From: Girardia tigrina
Lineage: Eukaryota
NCBI GenBank assembly: GCA_001938485.1
Contig: MQRK01186684.1
Coordinates: forward strand, 35,560 to 98,696
Direction: 5' to 3'
Length of the DNA: 63,137 nucleotides
In this document: positions 1 through 10,689 of the stretch, piece after piece
How positions within the stretch are numbered: position 1 is the stretch's first letter
Layout: each line of letters opens with the position of its first letter
Position numbers and translations under genes: made by a program
The notes under the pieces: model-generated
What the model saw: the letters and a program-made list of their open reading frames with translations, nothing else
Databases searched by the model: none
What the model was told of the DNA's origin: nothing

Positions 1-62
1 CAGATCGCGAAAAATTAAATACCAAGGCTTCATCTGAGCTTTTAATAAAACGAAGACTGTCG

Positions 63-1238
63 ATGATCAAGGAGCTGTGTCAGGAGTATGAGATCGAGTT
101 GAAGATCGAGTTTGTTAATTGCGAAGATAACAAGACAGATGAGTTGACAAGAATCCCAAAACAATTAAAAAGAAGTAATTGTTTTTTATCGGTTACGGAA
201 GATCTACTCAAGCTGCAGCAACTTCATGATAAGTGTCATTTAGGANNNNNNNNNNNNNNNTATCTATGTGCGAAGCAAGGAATAGGTGTGTCAAACGCGG
301 ATATCAAGGATCTGATTTCAAGATGTCAAGAATGTCAATCCATTGATCCGACACCCGTAAAATGGAAAACCGGTAGGCTAATTGTCAACGAAAACTGGAC
401 AAGACTTGCTGCGGATGTTACAAAGTACAATCAACAAAAAGTTTTAAGTGTAATCGATTGTGGTCCTTCTCGCTTTGCGATATGGAAATTAATAAAGGCT
501 GAATACGTCAAGTCAATTGTCTCAGAATTCTCAAGTTTGTTCTGTGAACTCGGGTCTCCCAAGGAACTAATTATCGATAATTATACTACATTTCATTCGT
601 CAGAATTCAACAAACTGATGGAAAAGTGGAGCGTTCGAGTCATGTATCGTGTCATCAATCGACCTAACTGCAACGGAATAATGGAAAGGAATCATAGAAC
701 AATCAAAAGAATTGCGTCCAGATCAAATATCAGCATTTTGGAAGCCTTATGGTGGTATAATAACACGCCATCTGAAGGAAAAGAAATACCAAGCTCGGCG
801 CTATATAGCTATGTGCCCATAGGGTTAGATATAATTGAAAGAAGTGAAAATGAGCCATTCTATGGAAATCCAGATTATGTCGAGAATCAATTAGTGTGGG
901 TAAAACCGGAAAACAGTACACCATGTACACAGCAATGGGCCAAGGGTGTTGTCGTGAAAAGAATAGATCAAAGGAAATATCTAGTAAATTGTAACGGATT
1001 TTGTGGTCCAAGACATATCGCAGACATTCGACCTAGACAGCCTGACTTGGTTGAAAATTCCAAGTCATACTATATGAATATGGAGGAAACTTCATCACTA
1101 CCAAACAATCAAACACAAGAGGAACAATCATTGAACAGTCGGCCTAGTAGAGAAAGACGAAGACTGCCTTATCTAAATGATTACATTGTGGATTCAGATT
1201 CTTCTGTGGACGAATCTGGTGGGAGTGTTGGAAATTAG
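63..1238 (+). mobile_element. Gypsy/Ty3 LTR retrotransposon pol 3' end (RNase H tail + integrase), 5'-truncated by window edge
   Basis: H-x3-H...CxxC zinc-binding motif (LHDKCHLG...CQECQ). rve core with D (LAADV), D (IIDN) and E (NGIMERNHRTIK). Followed by purine-rich tract GGTGGGAG and TG start of an LTR at 1226. Confidence 0.9.
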
Positions 1239-1344
1239 ATATTTTAATTATTTGAAATATTTAATATTTGCTTTTTTGATAAATATTTTGTTTGAATATT
1301 ATCAATTAAACATTGTTTTGAAAATAAACTTTTCGCGTGTTACA
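1226..1344 (+). repeat. Putative short 3' LTR of the upstream Gypsy element
   Basis: Begins TGTTGG directly after the polypurine-like tract, contains AATAAA and ends GTGTTACA. The right boundary is inferred because the 5' LTR is outside the window. Confidence 0.5.
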
Positions 1345-2353
1345 GATAATTTAGAATTAAAGGTCATCAGAAAATACACTAAAAGACTCAATTTTCGTTG
1401 GAATTTGGGGACGCGGTTTGAGGAGCGCGCGTAAATGATTCTTACCCATCCGATCCGTTGATGCAGTAAAACAAATCCGTTCCGGAGCTGAGATATTGAG
1501 GAAATAAAAGATGCTAAAAAACTAAAATTAAAAAAATTAAAATAAACGTACTTTTATAATTGGAAAATCGCTGAATCAGCATGAATCAGATTTTCTAAAA
1601 AATTTTAAAATTGGAAGTCGCTAAATTTGGAAGTGACGTGTTGAAACGAAATTGGACCAGGCATTTTGGAACTCTATGTGGACGAATACAAAACAGCCAC
1701 GAGTAAGAATATGCACCAGAAAACTGGTATATAAGCAGCGAAAAATTTAGACAAAATCAGACAATTTTTGAGAGAAATAAATTTAAGACAATTTTTGAAG
1801 ACAATTTGAATAAATTTGATAAACCTGATAATTTTAGTCAATTAAAGGTTGGTATTGTTAAACTTTCGCGACCGAGAGAAAGAGTAGTGAGTTACTCTCT
1901 CTCTCGGATCCCGAATATTTAAATATTTGTCTCCACGAAACGGTCGGTCACTCGGTTATTTGGTTATTTATTCACCTATTTATGTTAATCATTTCATCTT
2001 GAATATGTATCTGATTTTCATTCCATTATAATCTTTATATATTTAGTTTTATTTCAATTTTCTCTAAACACTAATTATTAGTTAAATATTTTATTGTCAC
2101 TCGAATACCCTTGGGTAGGGTCAGGCTTAAAATCAAAAACAAACATAAATTCTTGAAGGCTGGTTCCGGTATGCGTATTAGCGCGGCCAAAATATGTCCC
2201 CGGTATATGAGGTCTATGAGTGACAACAAAGCTCAAGAATTCATACCGAAAGGCAGTTTCGGAATCCGACTGCTATCTTTCATGACCGTTTTCGCAGAAT
2301 AGAGACGAATCACGATCAACGACTCATATTTTTCTCTTGTTAATCTTTTGTAG

Positions 2354-2782
2354 ATGTTTCAACAAATTGAGTTAGACCAAGCCAAGCTTACCATCGAGCG
2401 GCTTCAAGCCGAAAATAAGTTATTGAAGAGAAGCAAAGCGACAGATCGTAAAGAGATATCGAATCTTCGTGATAGCGTAGAGCGATTGTCTGCGAAGTTA
2501 AAGATAGTCAATGAAGCTTCCATCGAGCCTGAGGAGTACGCCCGTGTGGTTAGACGGGGTGTTGCAATGGAGAGCCAAATAAGAGAGCTCGAGCGTCTTT
2601 ATTCCGAGCAGTTACAACTCCAGCTGAGGCAGAAACTAAGGGCCGACGAAGGGAAAGAGTCGCGCACCTTAGGAACGCAATGGCAGATCGCGGATTATTG
2701 AGGTGATGATTACGTGAACCGACGAAAGCGGCAGAGAATCCGCAAAAGCATCAATAACGTTGTTAAATGTTTTCAAAAATAA
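2354..2782 (+). CDS. Small coiled-coil protein of unknown function, probably TE-borne, with in-frame TGA at 2699-2701
   Basis: ATG lies directly after a strong acceptor (tttttctcttgttaatcttttgtag). Heptad-like L/E/K/R pattern. The frame continues past the TGA as GDDYVNRRKRQRIRKSINNVVKCFQK* and ends in AATAAA (2778-2783). Confidence 0.45.
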
Positions 2783-4383
2783 ATTTATCTCTTTGGGTTT
2801 ATATGAGTTGTTGATTCATCGTTCTTAAATTATAGTCAAGCATAGAGCAGCTAAAATTTATTCAGCATTTCTTTCTTCATCATAACACAACGTCTTGACA
2901 CTAAAATCATACACATAAATAGAGGATTTGCGTTAGGGTATTCGAGCCTACACTTTTGTAAACTGATTCATAATTATTAAAATAATAAATGATGGAATGT
3001 TGTCATAGCTATCATACCTGCTAAAGGGGTTTAACATAACAAGATGTAACATACAGTATTTGGGGTCATCACAGCAGTATTCGAATATAACAACACATCG
3101 TGGGGTTAATACATTAATTCAAATCGTTTTGATCTAACATCACATCATACCCACTAGGGCTGATCTGGTCTATCAGGTCTTAAACCTGTGTAGATCTGGA
3201 ACCTGGAAGGTCCTCATCACTTATCACTGCGTGCAGATGATATGCTGGGTAAGAGGCAAGTCGTGGTCATAGACATCGAGAGATTAGGATGTTACATGCA
3301 GAGGTTACATTATTATGAGAGTACTTTATGGTTGGTTACCGATAACCAGGGGGCCCTAAGCCAAACGACTCAGTTTTCCAAGATATGTTCACATGTTTTG
3401 CAAACCACGAACACCACAACAAATACACGGTTGAAGATGTTGTACTTAGTACTGAAGATAGTCAGGTCGATGACAGTTAAAACATAAGTCCAAGATTTTT
3501 ATCCATACAATTGAAATTTTCATCAGAACAAGTTCTTTTTCAAACAGCTTTTCTAAAAAAATATTCAATGATATAATAAAAAATTTAAATGAATTCCAAT
3601 ATAATTAACAAAAATTCAATCGAAAGAAAACCCTACAAAAATTTTTTAAATAAAAATTGTCTTTTTCTTCATAATCTAATCTGGCGTTCATATAGATTTT
3701 GAATTCTTTCATTATCCAAATTAATTTATAATCCGAAAGGAAATCGATTTCTAATTTTCCGAAATAATAAGGGCTGACTATATTTAAAAAAATAGTCCCC
3801 ATAATAAATGATTGTAAGTTTCAAAGTACATGAGGATACAATACAAAATACAACTACTCTCAAGAGATTTTTGGTATCAAAAATTTACAAATTTACATTA
3901 TATTTTACTAGGTTATTATTAATTTTATTCATTTACTACTCCATTCATGAATAAAAAATTATAAATTCTTCAAACCATCTTCATTTTATACTAAAAGTAT
4001 TTTTACTAGAAATTTTTTTAATTTCACATTTATGAAATTTCTAAGAATTTACTGTTTACATAATCAAAATTTTTTTTCTTTTTAAAAAAAACCCAAAACT
4101 TTGAAATCAAACACCGATTTACTTACCGACAATATTAATTCTCCATAAAAAAAATCACTCCAATAAATTAAACAAAAATTAATATTTACGTATTAGACAA
4201 TTGTTTATGTTAAGTGAATTTTCAAATTCGTTAGACATATTTCTCAATTGTCATAAATATCGCAATATTTCTTTTCTTAATTACAATTTTTCATCAGCAA
4301 ATTATTAAGGAAAAACGATTTTCGGAGTGTTTTTTTTAAAACCAACCAAAATCCAATTTTAATTGAACGAAAAAAAAACCAAA

Positions 4384-4584
4384 ATGATATTATTGAAAAA
4401 GAAAGACGGTTTACCGAATCAGCGATTCTACGACAATCCGGAAATAATCGCTCTTTTCGACACGGTGCGAACGTGGTTGACAAGAAACTGCAAGAAGTAC
4501 TGGCAGAACGACCCGATGACGAACAAGAGCCTCGCTACTCTCTGCTACCAGCTGCTCCAGTACCAGGAGGAGACGTTCGGCAAG
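4384..4584 (+). CDS. SMARCC2: SMARCC exon 1 (MILLKKKDGLPN...EETFGK)
   Basis: Matches the SMARCC N-terminus (KKDG.PN, WL..N.KKY, TNKSL, QLLQ.QEE.FGK). Donor GT at 4585. Confidence 0.93.
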
Positions 4585-4637
4585 GTGATCAATAGATTTC
4601 GCGTCGATTGGACTCAATTAAGATTGTCTGGGTTCAG

Positions 4638-4886
4638 AATGTAGACGTCACAACGGTCAAGCTGCCCATCCACTGCTTCTTCGACTTCAAGCCGGGTGGC
4701 AGTCTCAGCCACATCTTCTCGGCCTGCCTCAAGTACAAATCGGACCAGGGCATCCGCCGATTCGACTTCCAGTCGCCATCGCGCATGGAGAGGAACATCG
4801 ACATGTTCATGCAGATCAAGCACGAGCTCCAGACGCACAAGTGCTGGGAGCAGCCGGTCGTGTGGCTGTCGCCGACGATTCCCGCG
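4638..4886 (+). CDS. SMARCC2: SMARCC exon 2 (NVDVTTVKLPIHCFFDFKPGGSL...PTIPA)
   Basis: KLP..CF.DFK.GGSL.HI, KSDQG.RRFDFQ.PSRM motifs. Acceptor ttcag at 4637, donor GTGAGT at 4887. Confidence 0.95.
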
Positions 4887-5554
4887 GTGAGTTGATCGTT
4901 TAATTTTCGCTTTAGCCAGTCGCTAGGATCGATGTTTTGTTTGTTTCTTGTTTTTTTTAACTAAAAGACCATTTGAAAGAAAACTATCAATCGGGGTTTT
5001 CCATTTTCTATTGTGACTTTCGATTTATATTATCAATTTAAAACGAATAAATCGAAATTTTACACGAAAAAGTCTCAATTTAGTGCTTATTTGGTGAAGA
5101 GTCTCGTCCGGTTTAAGAGTGTAAATCTAAGGAAACAATCTAACTGCAACTGCGTCTTGGACAATCATACTCGTGCATTACCTCCATTTGAGCTGCTCCA
5201 GTGTCTCTAATGCTTCGGTTTTATAAGAAATTTGTTTCTGCTATTTTTCTTAAATTTAAATCGGGTTTTAATTTGGAATTTCGATTTATATTATCAATTT
5301 AAAATGAATGCTTTGAATGAAATGTATTGATTTTAGACAGTCTCGATGCCTATACGGCATTTTGAAAAACCATATACGTGTCAAAATGACATATTTAATC
5401 AATCACATAGTCATGCAGGCATTTTGCATCTACCACAAAACGTCGCGAACAAAAACGGCATTTGTTTAAAAACCGGTGACAAAAACGCAGTATTTAATGA
5501 TTTAATTAATATTATTTAAATTATTAAATTTGGTAAAATTTTATTTATTTAATG

Positions 5555-6202
5555 CACCTGTTCCCGATTAGATGTGTCATGTAGGCATTTCATTAGATTC
5601 CTGGATAAAAATATGTGTAAATTAACCGGAAATAAAGTAATCTAACCAATTGAAATGGATCTGAGGGTCATTCTGATGGATATTAAGAGCTATGAGAAAT
5701 TTCAGGTTATATAGAAATGGTAGACAAATCCGAACAAACCTCACATACTCACAAGATACACTCACAACTTCAATACATACACAGATACATACGTAATTTA
5801 GAAACATTTGTAAGAACCGTAAGTATTTATATATGGCACTTGATATAAAAAAAATAATTAATACTCCTAAATTATTAAATATTAATAAATTTATTAATAA
5901 ATATTCATATATTATCAAAAATTAATTCATAAATATTCACAAATTAATTCATAAATAATCACAAATTAATTCATAAATAATCACAAATTAATTCATAAAT
6001 AATCAAAAATTAATTAATAAATATTCACAAATTAATTAATAAATATTCACAAATTAATTCATAAATAATCAAAAATTAATTAATAAATATTCATAAATTA
6101 ATTCACAAAAAATAATTTAATAAGTGTTAAACGACATGAAAGTCATTAAATCATATGAATGATGCCAATTGTAAATGCCACATTTCTAATCGGGAATAGG
6201 TG
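5555..6202. mobile_element. MITE with ~18-bp TIRs and an internal ~22-bp AT-rich tandem array
   Basis: CACCTGTTCCCGATTAGA ... TCTAATCGGGAATAGGTG. Repeats of aaattaattcataaataatcac at about 5880-6110. Confidence 0.7.
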
Positions 6203-6211
6203 TATTATTAT

Positions 6212-6639
6212 TGTGAGGAATATTTGGTGTGTGCATGTTTTTGTGTAGTTTTTGCATGTTTAAATGTTGTATGTTGATTTGGGATTGTGCCTCTCCTAAC
6301 CAGATGGATTATCAATATTTAATTTCTTATAATCTGAAACTAATTTATTTAAATTTAGATTTAATATTCAAATTTTTAATTTTTATTTTTCTAAATTTTT
6401 AAATAATTAAAATCAAATTAATGTTTAAAAATGACTATAAAAATATTTTATTTCAGCCAATAAAATTTTAATTAAATATTTTAAAATAAAATAATCTTCT
6501 CAAGTATAGTTCAGATTATAATGGGAGATATTGAAAATTGATTGATGGATCTAAGTGACAGCAATAATATTGATCATCATAAAGACGATAAGAAATGTGA
6601 ATTTAATAAATGTTCTGTCAAATGTGAGTTCTCTTAACA
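6212..6639 (+). mobile_element. Solo LTR (TGTGAGGAA family), TSD ATTAT
   Basis: TGTGAGGAA...CTCTTAACA flanked by ATTAT. Closely similar to the 5' LTR at 60076-60539. Confidence 0.9.
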
Positions 6640-8289
6640 ATTATTATTAAAATAAATATTAATAATTGAAAATTTTTCAAAAAACGGCTTAAATTAACCC
6701 ATAAATAAGCTGAAAATGTCTGGAAGTCGCAAAACAATTTTTTTGTTTTTTAAGAAACTATTTTACTAGTCAAAATATTTTTAAATAATTAAAAATCAAA
6801 TAAAAATATTACTTTATTCTAAGTTTTGGAATTATTTTTATCATAATATTGAAAAATATTTTTACTATTTATTCACTTTAATAATTTTTTTACAAGTTTT
6901 ATTAATTATTTATTGAACATCAAAAAAATTAAAAATAAAGACAATGTTTTTGTAGTCACAAGATAAACACACACGTATGCATACATAATTTATAAGCCTT
7001 TATATGACACTTGACACATTAAAAAAATAATTAATTAATAATCATAAATTAGTAAATATTCATAAATAATTACAAATTAATTAATAAAAAATATAATTTC
7101 TTAATTTTAATTTATTTTTTTCCTAATTACTTAAAAATATTTAATAAGTTAAATAGAAAAAAATCAGTTAATATTTGATAATTTTCCACAATTTCTTTAA
7201 TTTATTAAAATTTCTGTTTATTTTTTCCATTTATTTCGATTATTTATTTTATTAATAATTTAAATCTGTTTTCCCTTTAATATAGGTGTTAGGGGTTCTT
7301 TGTGGTGAACTGTAAATTTTTGATTTTTTTAAATTAAAAATCATATTTATATTTGAGATAAATTAAAAATAATGTTCGACTAATTAAAATGAAATAACTT
7401 CTTATAAAAAATTTAAATTTATAGATTATATTTTTACTAATTAAATTGAAATAACTTTTATAAAAATTATAGTTCACAGATAGTATTTTACTAATTAAAA
7501 TGAAATGTTTTTTTTACAAATTTTACTAATTAAATTAGAACAACTTTTTATAAAAATTAGGTTTAAAAAATCACAATTAAAATAACAACTTCGGAGTTAA
7601 AGAAGATTTTGATATCTTGTAACACTATTTAAAATAAAAATCATAATGTTTTATTGAGGTTAATTGTCCACGGAAAGTCTTATTAAAAATAATTTATGAT
7701 TGAATGATTTAAAATTAAAGAAAAAAATATTTAGGAATTGAATTTTTACAGGACATGTCCATTAAAATATTTTTAAAGATCTAAATTTATATTGCAGTTA
7801 ATAAACATTGTAAAAATTAATAAAACAAAAACAAAATATGATTTATGCAAAATTGAATAAATTAACACACATATATATTGGGTTGTTGCATAAGTTCCCG
7901 TCGTTTTTTACCACGTTTTTATTAGCTTGCTTTCTTGTCTGTTTGTCTGGAACAAATCTTGCGATTGATTTTTCGACCACTTTCAGTCATCCAATTGAGC
8001 TGAATATTTTTATACAGGCTTGCTTCCGATGACAATACAATATTTTAAAACATTTACGGCTCTANNNNNNNNNNNNNNNNNNNNNNNNNNNNNNNNNNNN
8101 NNNNNNNGGGAAAATAATCCGTGTTAATGATGTACGGAAAAAATTAATAAATTGAACAAATATTGTGAAAATCAAGTGATAATTAAGTGTAGAAGTATTA
8201 AAATTAGGTTTAAAAAGTTTTATTATCATTTCTGTTATTCGAAATCAATCGAACGTTTTGAATTCCTAAATGATAACTAAAAATAATTA

Positions 8290-8629
8290 AATAATATTAT
8301 TAATAAAAAAAATTTTATAAAAACAACCACGTTTTTCAAGCATTACCAATGCACTAAAAAGAGGAAAATAATTTTTTTTCTAGACATGTGCAAAATTTTA
8401 TACCTAACCAAAAACGTGGGGCATAGAAATGATCGATTGTTACTAAAAAGAAGTAAAGAGGAAATAGCAGTTACTAATAGCAGTAATTCAGAAATCCGCC
8501 CCACGTTTTTGGTTAGGTATAAAATTTCTCACATGTCTAGAATAAAATTATTTTCCTCTTTTTAGTGCATTGGTAATGCTTGAAAAACGTGGTTGTTTTT
8601 ATAAAATTTTTTTTATTAATAATATTATT
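8290..8629. repeat. Long inverted repeat (about 133-bp arms, 75-bp spacer), foldback/MITE-like
   Basis: 8290-8422 is a near-perfect reverse complement of 8498-8629. Confidence 0.9.
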
Positions 8630-8681
8630 AAACATTTATTTTCAAAGAAATAAAATTTTAACAGTAAAAATAATAACACTT

Positions 8682-8955
8682 CAATCAATTATGTACTCTC
8701 CTTCATTGTTCACTACTTCTTCCCATCTTTCCACCAGTTTGTTGATTCCATTTCGCCAGAAATCCTTAGGTCGAGTCTCGAAGAAGTTGTTGAGTCAATT
8801 CTCAAGATGGTCCTGATTTTCGAAGCTAAGACCCATCATTTCATTTGAAAGGCAGCAGAAGAGATGATAATCCGTCGGGCCGAGGTCTGGGGAATAGGGA
8901 GGATGTTGAAGGACCTCCCAACCGAGCTCTTTGAGTGCCATCTTGACAATTTTTG
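8682..8955 (-). pseudogene. Mariner transposase C-terminal fragment
   Basis: Minus strand reads HPPYSPDLGPTDYHLF and WRNGINKLVERWEEVVNNEGEYI. Confidence 0.8.
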
Positions 8956-9510
8956 CAAATAATTATTTAAAATAATTTACAAATAATTACTGAAAAATAA
9001 AAATTCTAATAAAAGAATTTTTAACAATGAAATTAAAATTATTTATTTATAAATTATTAAATATTTTATGAAAAAATAAACGAATATTTTTAGAAGTAAA
9101 TTAAAATAATTGAGTATTTTTAAGTAGGGGGATGTGGTGGATTTAAGTTTTTGAAATCCGACTGGAGCCAGATTTGTAACGAGTTTAAGTAAGTAGCGAC
9201 TTAGTTGACTAAATTTAGGAAATATATATGTAGATATGCCTTATGACTAAAAAATTGAAGTAAAATTTAGAGAAAATTAAAAATTCCAGTAAATCTCAAT
9301 AAAAAACTGAAAATTTTCTAAAATTGACTTCATTTTTATTAAATTTTAATTGAATTTTTCATTTTTTCTAAAATTTGTTTTCTTTTGCGTATTTGTACAT
9401 CTGTATAAATTAATAAATTAAACAAATTATTACATGATAACGGATATTCAAAATCGATAGTGGAGAAATTAACAAAGGAAACTATTGATAAATTAATTGA
9501 AAAAAATAAT

Positions 9511-10010
9511 TATTAAGAACATTTAAACAAGTCTCGTTTGAATCTTTATTACAATTACATTTAGAGTCATTAAAACTCTCAGAAGGTCTTTCATCGTTTG
9601 CCATCGTTCTAATTGGTTTTCTTATTTCTCTTTTTAATCATGATTATTCGAACAATTTTTCTAAATTATTTTTTAAAATATTTAACCTCTAAAAATATTA
9701 ATTAAAAATAATAATTTTTACCATTTTTCAATAAATCACAAAATAATAAAAATGACATCAAATTATTAAAAATGCATTTAATTTAAATTTTACTAAAATT
9801 AATAAACTTAATTTTAATTCTGAAATTAAAGATATCAACTTATAAAATGATTATTTTAATTATGTTCGAATAGTCAATCACTTTAAATTTAATAAAAAAA
9901 TACCAATTTCCATCTGTGTGGGAGAATCACCATTCTAAATTCAATATACTTAAATCAACATATAGCATCCATACATTTACACATTCAAACAATTTAAAAT
10001 ATTCCTCACA
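9511..10010 (-). mobile_element. Solo LTR (TGTGAGGAA family), TSD ATAAT
   Basis: Reverse complement of the LTRs at 34058 and 46837. Flanked by ATAAT on both sides. Confidence 0.88.
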
Positions 10011-10126
10011 ATAATAATTAAATTTTAGATGTTCAAGATCAAAAGCAATCTTGCAACACTAATGATAAAAGTTTAGAAAAAAATAAATTTAAAAAAATTC
10101 TCCTTTAGTGTCTAAAAAATCTTCAA

Positions 10127-10226
10127 TGTTTCGTTAATCAGAAATTAATTTACTGTTCTTTTTAGAAAGGGGCTCTTTTATCACTTTCTGAAAAGAACAG
10201 TGAATTGGTTTCTGATTAACGAAACA
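10127..10226 (+). repeat. 100-nt hairpin (43-bp stem, 14-nt loop)
   Basis: 10127-10169 pairs with 10184-10226. The four non-Watson-Crick positions are all U-G on the + strand. Confidence 0.85.
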
Positions 10227-10689
10227 ATAATTAGATTAAGTATTTTTTTCTGTCATTGTCATCATAAGATCGATGATTATGTGCTATTTTGAATTAGAGA
10301 TAACAAAATAATTGAGCGAGAACGTAAATAAATATTCAGTTTAATGCAGTGGTACTCCCAAGAAAAACACAAGTAATTTTTCTGGGAGTATATCGGTACA
10401 AGATAAAAAACGCTGCAATTTACTATATTTGTTCTAGTGCAAGTGACACAAGCCATATTTTACAATGTATGCTTTTCGCAATAGAAAGAACTGGCCTAGA
10501 AAGTAAATGGATGCCTAAAATTTGGACAATGAACTTAATAAATAATTTTTTTCTCAAAATTACTTTTCATATGTTCCTCTTTGCTCGCGCTTCTTTATTT
10601 TAATCGATTACATGTGCTAATTTTTTCACATTTTTACCATTTTTTCATTTAAAATTCATTTTACCAACGTGGTTGACTCAATTAATCGC

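Noticed and set aside
2168-2280. GGTATG/CATACC-GAAA-stem arrangement resembling a hammerhead
   Set aside because: The CUGANGA box is absent.
4411-4890. Several overlapping ORFs on both strands
   Set aside because: By-product of high GC3 in SMARCC exons 1-2, which leaves few stops in other frames.
5880-6110. Regular ~22-bp repeats resembling a CRISPR array
   Set aside because: No unique spacers, eukaryotic context; it is an AT-rich minisatellite inside a MITE.
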